DNA of 64,000 nucleotides, taken from NCBI RefSeq assembly GCF_009914755.1, contig NC_060943.1; one strand, written 5' to 3'. Both the position numbers and the translations under genes were made by a program. The notes beneath the pieces were generated by a model. It was not told where the DNA came from. It was given only the letters and a program-made list of their open reading frames with translations, and ran no database searches. The stretch is from the human T2T-CHM13v2.0 reference genome, Homo sapiens. Of the stretch, positions 20,678-45,058 are shown piece after piece. The first letter of the stretch is position 1. Every line of letters begins with the position of its first letter.

Positions 20678-21345
20678 TCAAGCCAGGTGTAGCGGTGCAC
20701 GCCTATAGTCCCAGCCACTCGGGACACTGAGGCAGGAGGATCGCTTGAGCCCAGGAGTTCCAGGCTGCAGATGATCATGACACTGCATTCCAGCCTTGGA
20801 GCAAGACTTTCTCAAAAGAAAAAAAAAAAACTGGCTGGGCACAGTGTAGCACACCTGTAATCTCAGAACTTTGGGAGGCTGAGGCAGAAGGATCACTTGA
20901 GCTCAGAGTTTGAGACCAGACTGGGCCACATAGTGAGACTCTGTCTCTACAAAAAAAGAAAAGAAAGAATTAGCTGGGTGTGGTGGTGTGCACCTGTTGT
21001 CCCAGCTACTCAGGGGGCTGAGGCAGGAGGATCACCTGAGCCTAGAGTTCGAGACCAGCCTGGGTAGCACAGTGAGACCCCATACACCTGTAGTCCCAGC
21101 TATGTGGGCGTCTGAGGCAGGAGGATCACCTGAGCCTAGGAGTTCCAGACTGCAGGGAGCCATGGTCGAGTCGCACCACTGCACTGCAGCCTGGCCAACA
21201 GAGTGACCTTATTAAAAAAAAAAAAAAGGAAGAAAAAGAAAAAAAATGAACCTGGGTCTCAGTGACTCCCGGCCACATGGAGTACAGGGGCGGGGTAGGG
21301 GTTGGGCAGAGGAATAACAGAAGTTGCCTAAGAAGGGGCACACAC

Positions 21346-21371
21346 TGACTCACGGTGACTGTGCTGAGTCA
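21346..21371. promoter_or_regulatory. AP-1 / ARE (NRF2-MAF) motif cluster ~9.5 kb upstream of NOTCH3
   Basis: TGACTCA 21346-21352, GTGACTGTGC 21355-21364, TGCTGAGTCA 21362-21371 in a unique island between Alus. Confidence 0.6.
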
Positions 21372-21789
21372 AGAGGCCCATGGGGACAGGCACAGATCTA
21401 GTCCTGCGTCATGCCTACCACCCAGGAAGGAAATCCAAGGCCCTCAGTCCTGCATTTGGGCCCCTTGGGCCGGGACTGACCCTCTCCTTCCTAACCCTCC
21501 CCACCAAACCCCCAGCAAAAACAACAAACAAAAAACCATTGTCACACCATGTCAAACCCCAGATGCAACCAGCAGGCCTTGTGCTCCCATGGTCTTTGCC
21601 TGGGTGCTTCCCTCTGCCTGAGACACCCAGCTGCACAGAAACACCCTTTTGCTTCCTCCCCAAGCAGGAACTCACAGCCAGTGTGACCTCTTCAAAAATT
21701 CATTTTCTTCCAGCTAGAGGGAATGTTCTGCTGTTTCTCACACAGTTCTCACACAGGCCACCCCTTTGCCCATGCCGCTCTCTTTATTT

Positions 21790-21821
<32 letters not shown>

Positions 21822-21824
21822 TGA

Positions 21825-22413
<589 letters not shown>

Positions 22414-22696
22414 TGAGCCACTGTGCCTGGCCCCTTATTTCTATTTCTGGTTACCTCCTATCCATTCTTCAGGGATACCACTCCGGGAAGTCCTCCCTGT
22501 CCCTCAGTCTGCGCTGCTCTCTCCCCGACACCCCCGCTCTCCCGGTGCCCTTTTTCTCCATGGCTCAGCCTTGTTCACAAGGGGTTGGGGGTGTCTGTAC
22601 CCTGGTTTGTCCCCTATTTAAAGACTAAGGGCTGGCTGGGCACAGGGGCTCATGCCTGTCATCCCAACACTTTGAGAGGACGAGGGGGGTGGGTCA

Positions 22697-23053
<357 letters not shown>

Positions 23054-23199
23054 TCAGGAAGGGGCTGAAGGAGCTGGGAAGCCCAGCCCAGAAGAGCCAC
23101 TTCAGGGCCGGGCGAGGTGGCTCACGCCTGTAATCCCAGCACTTTGGGAGGCCAAGGTGGGCAGATCACGAGGTCAGGAGATCGAGACCATCCTGGCTA

Positions 23200-23433
<234 letters not shown>

Positions 23434-24048
23434 TCAGTATAATTTTGCAGGCGGGGGTGGTCTATGGTTCCACAGAAGGGTCTAGGGATTGAGGGGCAAA
23501 GTTAGGGCCCTCAAGGAAAGGCCAGCTCCTCCCTTGGCCCATCTGAGAGGGGGCTTTCTTTCTTTTTTTTCTTTATTTTATTTATTTATTTATTTATTTT
23601 GAGACAGAATGTCATTCTGTCACCCAGGCTAGGCTGCAGTGGCTCGATCTCAGCTCACTGAAACCTCCGCCTCCGGTGTTCAAGCGATTGAGAAAGGGCT
23701 TTCTGCTGGAATGGATGCTGTAGGAGGTGCTGAGCTCCTCATCACTAGGAGCAACCAAGGACCCTGGACACACATTTCACTAGGCAGGAAGTTCAGAGTC
23801 TGTGACTGCTGATACAGCACACCCTGATCTGTGGGAGAGGGGGAAGTAACGGTGAAAACCCAGGCAGAGGACTTCACGGGGGAATACAGACTAAAAGAAG
23901 AAAGACCCGGCCAGGAGCGGTGGCTCATGCCTGTAATCCCAGCACTTGGGGAGGCTGAGACGTGCGGATCACTTGAGGTCAGGAGTTCGAGACCAGCCTG
24001 GCCAATATGGTGAAACCCCATCTCTACTAAAAATACAAAAATTAGTCA

Positions 24049-24204
<156 letters not shown>

Positions 24205-24295
24205 CTATCTCAAGAAAAAAAGAAAAAGACCCCGCCGGGTGCAGTGGCTCAAGCCTGTAATCCCAGCACTTTGGGAGGCTGAGGTGGGCGGATCA

Positions 24296-24964
<669 letters not shown>

Positions 24965-25436
24965 CTAGTGAGAACCAGCAGGAGTGAGGGCAATTGAGTG
25001 TGGGCCTTCGGCAAGTGTGGGGAGGCTGGACCCAGCCATGTCCCCTGGACACTGCTTCCCTGGGACACTCCGATGCTTGAAACTTCCATGGCTCCCCATT
25101 GCCTGAAGTGACACAATTCCTCCCCACCTCATCAGCTTCATCTCCCTGCCTCTCAGCCTTGTCAGCCTTTGCATGCAGAGTTCCCACTGGTAGGAAAATG
25201 CTTCTCATACTACAAAGGCTCCTTTCCCCTGGCTGCTCACTCTGAACCTCCAGCTCTTCTCACCTTCATTCAGTCATTCAACAAACATTTACTGGACACC
25301 TACTTGGTGCCAGGCCTTATTGTAGACAGAGGTGACCCAAGACAGAGCCAGTTCCTGCCCTGAGAAGGGAAGCAGACAAGAAACAAATAGGCAAACAAGA
25401 ACCATCAAAGTTGAGTGCAGTGGCTCACGCCTGTAA

Positions 25437-25661
<225 letters not shown>

Positions 25662-26796
25662 TGAGTAGCTGGGATTACAGGCATGCGCCACCACGTCTGG
25701 CTAGTTTTTTTTTTTTTGTATTTTTAGTAGAGACAGGGTTTCACCATGTTGGTCACGCTGGTCTCGAACTCCTGAGCTCGTGATCCACCTGCCTCGGCCT
25801 CCCAAACTGCTGGGATTACAGGCATGAGCCACCATGCCTGGCCTAAGAAAATTTTTTAAATTAGCCAGGCATAGGTGGTGCATGCCTGTAGACCCATCTA
25901 CTCCCGAGGCTAAGGCAGGAGGATCACTTGAGCCCAGAGTTTGAGGCTGCAGAGAGCTATGATTGTGCCATTGCACTTCAGCCTGGGCAAAAGAGCAAGA
26001 CCCTGTCTTAAAAAAATAATAATAAAGAGGCTGGGTGTGATGGCTCATGCCTGTAATCCCAGCACTTTGGGAGGCTGAGTTGGGTGGATCACCTGAGGTC
26101 AGGAATTCGAGACCAGTCTGGGTCAACATGGTGAAACCTCATCTCTACTAAAAATACAAAAATTAGCCGAGCACGGTGGCAGGTGCCTGTAATCCCAGCT
26201 ACTCAGGAGGCTGAGGCAGGAGAATTGCTTGAACCCGGGAGGCGGAGGTTGTCATGAGCTGAGATTGCACCACTGCACTCCAGCCTGGGTGACGGAGGGA
26301 GATTCCATCTCAAAAAAAAAAAAAGAAAGAAAAAAGAAAAGAAACCAAAACAGAGCCATTGAGACAAGATGGTTAAATGTGAGGGAGAGAGGGGGAAGTC
26401 ACCTAAAGAAGGAGAGGAGCCAGCGAGGCAAACATCCAGGGCTAGGGTGTTCCAGACAGAGTGAACAGCAAGTGCAAAGGCCCAGAGGAGGAAGGAGAGG
26501 GTGGACGAGAGGAACAGCGAGGAAGCCTGGGTGCCTGGTGCAGAATGAGCAAAGGTGAGGAGGTCAGGGAAGCAGGTGGGGCTGACTCCCAAGGGGCCAG
26601 AGGGTCTGGGATTCTAGCCCAAGCACAGTGAAGCCACTGGAGGGTTTTAGCACAAGAAGCTGATCTGATTTAGTTTGCAAACAATCACTTTGGGTTTTTT
26701 TGGTTTTTTGGAGACAGAGTCTCACTCTGTCGCCCAGGCTGTAGTGCAGTGGTATGATCTCACCTCACTGCAACCTCTGCCTCCGGGTTCAAGTGA

Positions 26797-27343
<547 letters not shown>

Positions 27344-27593
27344 TAAAGAACGGGTTTTACCATGTTGGTCGGGCTGGTCTTGGACTTCTGACCTCAGGTG
27401 ATCGGCCCACCTCTGCCTCTCAAAGTGTTGGGATTACAGGCGTGAGTCACCGCCTCAGCCTTTTTTTTGTTTGTTTTTTTGGAGTTAGAGACAGGTTCTC
27501 TCTTTGTCACCCAGGTGGAGTGCAGTGGTGCAATTGTAGCTCACTGTAACCTCAAACTCCTGGGCTCAAGCGATCCTCCCCTCAGCCTCCTAA

Positions 27594-27874
<281 letters not shown>

Positions 27875-28317
27875 TGATCTCTCGACCTCGTGATCTGCCC
27901 GCCTTGGCCTCCCAAAGTGCTGGGATTACAGGCGTGAGCCACTGCGCCCACCCTTTTTTTTTTTTTTTTTTTTTCCTGTAGAGATACAGTCTTGAACTCT
28001 TGGCCTCAAGCAATCTTCCTGCCTCAGCCTCCTGAAGTGCGGGAATTACAGGCATGAGCCACCATGCCCAGCCTGGAATTCACTTCGATGGAGCGTCTGC
28101 AGCTCTGTGGCTCTGGGAAAGGGTAGAGGGGAGGCCATTCTCAACCCCTTCTGGGGGTGCTGGTTTCCCCACCCCAGAAGCTTCCATTGGGTCTGACGCC
28201 CTGTTCTCTGTCCTGTCTTCTCAGGCCCTGGGCTCCGGACCACAGCAACCTTCCATGCCCATGGCCTCACCCTGGATCTTATCTCCTCTTGCTCACCTCT
28301 GAACTGTGATATTCTGA

Positions 28318-29772
<1,455 letters not shown>

Positions 29773-29909
29773 CCCTTACTGCTCCCTGACCCCAGAAGTT
29801 TGTCCTCCTTCCTGTAGGGGTGACACTTGTCCCCACTGTCCCAACTACCTTCCCTCCTACTTGAGAGAAGGGGACCTCCTCCCCTAGGCTTTCATTACCT
29901 CCTTCCTTA

Positions 29910-30485
<576 letters not shown>

Positions 30486-30779
30486 TTAGATCTCACCACT
30501 GCACTCCAGCCCGGGTGACAGAGTGAGACTCCATCTTACAAAAAATTAAATAGGCAGGGCCTGGTGGCTCACATCTGTAATCCCAGCACTTTGGGAGGCC
30601 AAGGTGGGCAGATTGTCTGGTGGCTCACATCTGTAATCCTAGCACTTTGGGAGGCCAAGGTGGGCAGATTGCTGAGCTCAGGAGTTCAAGACCAGCCTGG
30701 GCAACGTGGTGAAACCCTGTCTCTACTGAAATACAAAAAATTAGCCGGGCGTGGCAGCGTGAGCCTGTAATCCCAGCTA

Positions 30780-31720
<941 letters not shown>

Positions 31721-31879
31721 TTTTTTTTTTTTAATTTTTAGAGACTGGGTCTCACTGTGTTGCCCAGGCTGGTGTCGAACTCCTAAACTCAAACGATTAT
31801 CTCTCCTCAGCCTCCCAAAGCTCTGGGATTACAGGAGTGAGCCCGGGTGCCTGACCGCATTACTCTGTTTGAATGTGTT

Positions 31880-34110
<2,231 letters not shown>

Positions 34111-34152
34111 AGTGAGAATTCTACTACTGGACCATCAATGCAGCCCTCGGAA

Positions 34153-34186
34153 TGAGTGAGTGAGTGAGTGAGTGAGTGAGTGAGTG
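34153..34186. repeat. (TGAG)n tetranucleotide repeat
   Basis: Direct reading; ~8 units. Confidence 0.9.
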
Positions 34187-34239
34187 ATGGAAAGTGGTCT
34201 GGAGGCAGGGAGAGGGACAGGCCGATCATGCGAGGAATC

Positions 34240-34930
34240 CCAGCCCAAGCCCCCGAGGTCCCCGCTCCCGCCCTAAAAGATGCACGCGCCAAGCCCTTGG
34301 GCCAGAAAAAAAAAAAAAAAACGGGCCGGGATTGGCTCAGGCTGGGGGAGGCGGGTCTACGACGAGACACGATTTTCTATTGGCTTACTCGCCAGGACTC
34401 TGCCCAATCGACGCGATCGTCTTCCCCAGAAGACCCCCGCCTCCCTCCCGCCGGCGGCCGCGGAGGCGGAAGAAGGCGCCTTTCCGTCGCCCTAGCAACC
34501 GTCAGCGGATCTCCGTCGCCCGGGCAACTGTCCCAGGCCTCCCGTCAGCCTTTGCCTGGGCCCCTCCGGTCACTCGGACAACCGCTACCCGTTCCGGTCA
34601 ACCATCAACCCGTCCCCCGTCACCCCGGCAACCATCGCCGGACCCACCTACCCCTGGACGCCGTCCTGGTCCTGTCCGCAGGCCTCCTCGCCCCAAACCT
34701 CCGCCGCGGGCTCCGACGTCCGCGACCCCACGTCTCAGGGGCTCCCTCCTCCTCCTGCCCGTCTTCTCGCCTCCCCGGGGCGGGGGGCATTGCTCCTCCC
34801 CTGGCAGGGGGGCCCCGGGTTGGACCCGGCTCTGGGGGTCCCTGCTCGGTCGGGACAGTGGGACCGCCCTGTGCTGTGGCCGCGCGCAGCCCCCCGCAGG
34901 CTTCGGCGCTCGCACTCTTGCGTGGGACTG
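34240..34930. promoter_or_regulatory. Orphan intergenic CpG island with promoter architecture (3 CCAAT boxes, GC box, ETS site, 4 RFX X-boxes)
   Basis: ATTGG 34331-34335 and 34379-34383, CCAAT 34404-34408, GCGGAAG 34466-34472, X-boxes at 34486, 34515, 34569 and 34619. Confidence 0.75.
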
Positions 34931-35164
34931 TCCAACCGCCACAGGGAGCTCTTCAAAATGCAAGCCATGTCCCTTCCCTGCTGAAAACCCTCCCCTGGCT
35001 CCCCTTGAGAATCGAATCCAAGCTCCTCGCAGCCCCTGGCGATCTGGCTGTGTGGCCTCTTCTCTGAAGCCTCCTCGCTCACTCTGCCTTAGCAAGGCCC
35101 TGGCCTGCGTGTTGTAACTCCAATGACCCAAGCTTCTTCCCGCCTGGGACCTTCCTAGTCACTA

Positions 35165-37400
<2,236 letters not shown>

Positions 37401-37452
37401 GAGCCACTGTGGTCGGCCCTGACCCCTACTCTTAAGCTAGGATTACCCTCAT

Positions 37453-37932
37453 CAGCGCTGCCACACACAACTTTCTTCACTGATGCGGCAATTGAGCACT
37501 TGAAATACAGCTGGTATGGCCAGGCACAGTGGCTCACGCCTGTAATCCCAGCACTGTGGGAGGCCAAGGTGGGCAGATCACTTGAGGTCAGCAGTTCGAG
37601 ACCAGCCCGGCCAACATGGTGAAACCCCATCTCTACTGAAAATACTAAAATTAGTCAGGCCTGGTGACGCTCCTGTAGTCCCAGCTACTCGGGAAGCTGA
37701 GGCACAAGAATCGCTTGAACCCGGCAGGTGGAGGTTGCAGTGAGCCTAGATTGCGTCCACTGCACTCCATCCAGCCTGGGCGACACAGCAAGACTCTGTC
37801 TCAAGGGGAAAAAAATGAAATACAGCTGGTGGGACTGAGCACTGCATTTTCATTGTATTTCATTTCAATTAACATACATTTAAGTTGAAGTAGCCAAATG
37901 TGGTCAGCAGTATTGTATTCAGAGTAGCACTG
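37453..37932 (+). mobile_element. MER3-like hAT element split by an Alu (37518-37815)
   Basis: CAGCGCTG..ACTTTC..TGATG..ATTGAGCACTTGAAA / GACTGAG..TAGCCAAATGTGG matches the MER3 pattern; Alu TSD TGAAATACAGCTGGT at 37501-37515 and 37816-37830. Confidence 0.7.
37849..37864 (-). terminator. EPHX3: Candidate EPHX3 poly(A) signal region (non-canonical AATACA / AATGAA)
   Basis: No AATAAA or ATTAAA seen between the stop codon and the Alu; AATACA at 37854-37859 overlapped by two AATGAA. Confidence 0.55.
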
Positions 37933-38347
37933 AGCTGAAGACCCAGGCAGGAGGTCGAAGGCAGGGACAGGAAGGTCAGGGTTTAAGGTCTGTGCAGCTA
38001 TGGCAGAGAAGCGACTTTGGCAAAGCGCAGAGTGAGGCCCCAGGAAGGGAGGAGGTGGGACACTCGGTCTCGGCATCTGGCTCCACTGGAAGAGAGGTAT
38101 ACCCAGTTCCCAGGGTCAAAGTGTTTGTTACACACACATGCATCCATGCCTGTGTGTGAGTATAGGGGTTGGTGTGTCCCGAGGCACCCATAGGTGCGCT
38201 TGTGTGGGATCCAGGAGTCCCATGCCTATGAGCGATTCAAGAGTTCACCCATGTATGGACATTGTATGGACTCCCAGGCACACACAGATAATGGGTGTGT
38301 GTTCCTTCCTGAGTATCCATGCCTCCTGGGCAGGCCAGCAAGGACCA

Positions 38348-38573
38348 CTAGTCCAGCAGGTCTTGCAAGAAGGCCCACATGTACTGGTGCATCTCCTGGG
38401 GGTTGCTCTGTGGGATCCAATGCCCTATGCCTGGCAGGATGTGGGCCTCCAAGCGGCCCGGCACAAAGCGGCTGCCGATGGCTTCCACCAGCCCCAGCTC
38501 CAAGTAAGTGTCCTTCTCCCCCCACAGCAGCAATGTGGGTGTGGTCAGCTCCTGGGGTTCCAGGGGGAAGTTC
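38348..38573 (-). CDS. EPHX3: EPHX3 last coding exon (catalytic Asp and His; TAG stop)
   Basis: NFPLEPQELTTPTLLLWGEKDTYL...GIGHWIPQSNPQEMHQYMWAFLQDLLD*. Confidence 0.96.
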
Positions 38574-38681
38574 CTGTGGCCAGGACAGACAGACAGGCAG
38601 ACAGACAGGCAGAAGGATGGTTGCCTCCCACCCCCCTGCCCCTGCAAATCTCCTGAGCTTATGCTTGGCAACTGGTCTCAC

Positions 38682-38818
38682 CTGAAGAGGTTTCGGTAGT
38701 AGTTGAGGGGCCCAGTGAGGCCACCAGGCTGTGAGAAGTTATAAAGGAAGGCCTCGAGCTCGCTGGGGGTCAAGCATGGGATGCCTGTCTTGCGGTGGGT
38801 GAGGGTGGTCTTCAGAAT
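38682..38818 (-). CDS. EPHX3: EPHX3 coding exon 6 (137 bp)
   Basis: ILKTTLTHRKTGIPCLTPSELEAFLYNFSQPGGLTGPLNYYRNLFR; AG/GT flanks. Confidence 0.95.
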
Positions 38819-38907
38819 CTAGGTACACAGCAGGACTCTGGCTTCAGTGCCCAGCCTGCCCAGCCCCGACCTGCTTCCCTCCTCCCTTCAACCTGCACCC
38901 TCTGTAC

Positions 38908-39011
38908 CTGAAAGTCAGACATAGACAGCAGCTTCTCGGGCAGCCAGGGCAGCTGGAACAGGAACATGTAGTGGGAACGGAAGAACTGGCTGATGTGGTG
39001 CAGGGAATAGT
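38908..39011 (-). CDS. EPHX3: EPHX3 coding exon 5 (104 bp)
   Basis: DYSLHHISQFFRSHYMFLFQLPWLPEKLLSMSDFQ; AG/GT flanks. Confidence 0.95.
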
Positions 39012-39353
39012 CTGGGGTGGGAGGGTTGGGGGAGAGATATAAGGCCTGCTCCTGGGGTGGCCCCATACACCTGCACCCCTACACATACCCAGGTCAGGGA
39101 CACAAGCCTCAGGAATGCCACTGCTGCCTGCCTGGGTCTGTGAAGGTACTAGATACCCCTCCTGGCCTGGGCACCAGCTACATTCCCTCCTGCCATGTTT
39201 CACTATCCACAGGATGGGGGCATCTCCTGGGAACCCCCATATCCAAAGGTGTGCTTCCTCTGCCCAGGCCAGGGTGCGTTTCCTCTGCTTTATTCAGCTA
39301 ACATTTATTGAGCAACTACTGCATGCCAGGCCTTGTTCTAGACACAGCAGTGA

Positions 39354-41702
<2,349 letters not shown>

Positions 41703-41873
41703 CGTGTCATTAATTTCCGAATGAGGAGTTCCACAACCGAAGGGACCTGGGTTGATTGCTGCACCCTCAGCCCCTGATGTGTTGACAGGTATACAGAGAA
41801 TTGAAAACACAGACACATGTCCCTGCCCCCTTGCACATAAGTACATCCCAGTGTCCCGGACTCCCACACACAC

Positions 41874-42002
41874 CTTGGTACACCGACATGGGGGCACCAC
41901 TGACCACAACCATCCGCTCGACCAGGGATGGGTAGTAGATGGAGAAATGCCAGGCAAGGAGGGCACCCCAGTCATGGGCCACAAGGATGCACTTCGAGTA
42001 AC
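41874..42002 (-). CDS. EPHX3: EPHX3 coding exon 4 (129 bp), nucleophile motif HDWG (Asp173)
   Basis: YSKCILVAHDWGALLAWHFSIYYPSLVERMVVVSGAPMSVYQ. Confidence 0.96.
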
Positions 42003-42150
42003 CTGTGGGAATTCAAGGAGCTCGCATAAGTGAGGTGCCCAGTAGGACTGAAGCAGGGATGGGGGAAGTAGGTTCCAGCAAGGAGAAAGCGGGGGTATGC
42101 GTGTGTGCAGGATGAGGGAGGCCACGCCTAGGATGGGGGTATGTCTGCAC

Positions 42151-42308
42151 CCAGGCCTAGGATGACATCTTTGATGTCCACCAGCAGCAGGTCGATTGTG
42201 TAGCAGTCCACATCCCGAGGTGCATCCGAGGGGCCATAGCCTCGCAAGTCCACAGCCACAACATGGAAGCGGCTCTGGAACTCCCGGAGCTGGTAACGCC
42301 AGGAGAAC
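42151..42308 (-). CDS. EPHX3: EPHX3 coding exon 3 (158 bp), DLRGYGPS motif
   Basis: FSWRYQLREFQSRFHVVAVDLRGYGPSDAPRDVDCYTIDLLLVDIKDVILGL. Confidence 0.96.
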
Positions 42309-42687
42309 CTGCCAGGCGGGCGAGGGAGGGAGGCTGAGTCAGGGCCCTCAGGTTGCACCTGCACCCTACGCACATCAGCAACCATTGGCAAACCCTCCTT
42401 CCTGCTCTAAACTTCCCCTAAAAGGAGGATGGGGAATCCCAGGCAGAGGCAGAGGCTGAGGCTGAAGCCAGCTACACCCTGAATCCAGGGAACTTCAATC
42501 AACCTCAATACCCCTTTGTCCTGTCCCTTCAGGGCCTAGGGATCCTGGGTATGCTGGCTCAGTACCCCTATCCCCATCTATGTTCAGCTTGTCCCGATCT
42601 ATACAGCCCTCCTCCCTGCCTCTTGGGAGCCCAAGCTCCACCTGCCCCCGAGTCCCGTGGGCCTCAGGCCCCTGGCCCCAGACGTAC

Positions 42688-42773
42688 CAGTTCTCAGGGA
42701 AGCCGTGCAGAAACAGCATGAGGGGTCCGTTACCTCGTCCAGCCGAGACATAGTGCAGACGCAGGCCCGAGCT
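42688..42773 (-). CDS. EPHX3: EPHX3 coding exon 2 (86 bp), HGFP oxyanion motif
   Basis: [29 protein letters not shown]. Confidence 0.96.
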
Positions 42774-42880
42774 CTAGGGGGAGGGCACAGCCTGAAGCCT
42801 GGGGAACCCTCTCTCCCGAGGCTTGAACCGTCTCGACCCCACGCGACCCCGCAGCCCCGATAGCGCCCCCGTGCGATCAC

Positions 42881-43123
42881 CTTGAGGTTCAGGAAACCGT
42901 GCTCACCCAGCGAGGGGTCGCTCAGGCAGGCGGGGGACGCGCTCCGACGGCGCCCGCAGCAGCCGCGCCGGGGCCGGCACAGCACGTGCGTGAGCGCTAT
43001 GCAGCCGTAGACCGCCGCGGCCACCAGCGCCACCGAGAACACCAGGCTCCACATGAAGGCGCGCAGCAGCTTCAGCGACAGGCGCGACGGCGCCAGCAGC
43101 GCGGTCACCACCAGCTCCGGCAT
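42881..43123 (-). CDS. EPHX3: EPHX3 (ABHD9, epoxide hydrolase 3) coding exon 1 with N-terminal membrane anchor; total CDS 1083 nt / 360 aa
   Basis: MPELVVTALLAPSRLSLKLLRAFMWSLVFSVALVAAAVYGCIAL...GEHGFLNLK; exon lengths 243+86+158+129+104+137+226=1083. Confidence 0.96.
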
Positions 43124-43469
43124 GTCGCCGCGCTCCGGGACCACGGCGGCGCTGCCGGCCAGGGGCACCTGCAGCAGCGGCGAAGCGGTGTCAGGGCTCA
43201 GGGGCCCATCGCCCTTGGCCTGGGGCCCCTCCGTGCCGTCGGGATTTGTGGGACGCGCTGAAGGAAGAGGCGGGCGGCTCCGACAGAAAACAGCCAGAGC
43301 GCACCACTCACCTGAGTGCCAGGTAAACACCTGGGCGCGACAGGGACAGGAAACAAGGGTAGGGTGCGGAGGCTGGGGAGGAAGAGGTTGGAAAGGGGGG
43401 AAATAAATGGGCGGGGCCTAGCAGGTCCTGTGCGGGGCTTAGGGCCGGGGCGGGGCCCAGGAAGACTCA

Positions 43470-44650
<1,181 letters not shown>

Positions 44651-44784
44651 ACAGAGCCTTGCGGCCCTGCTGTCCCTGCAAGAAGCCAGCTTCTGGCCAG
44701 GCGCGGTGGCTCACGCCTGTAATCCCAGCACTTTGGGAGGCCGAGGCGGGCGGATCACGAGGTCAGGAGATCGAGACCATCCTA

Positions 44785-45058
<274 letters not shown>

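Noticed and set aside
34180-35131. 295-, 307- and 177-aa ORFs over the orphan CpG island
   Set aside because: Pro/Arg/Gly-rich, open in several frames, spanning a poly-A run and L2 sequence, with no recognisable domain: typical CpG-island artefacts.
38893-38907. Alternative in-frame EPHX3 exon-5 donor adding VQRVQ
   Set aside because: The CAG|GTTGAA donor is weak, and the 360-aa frame is complete without it.
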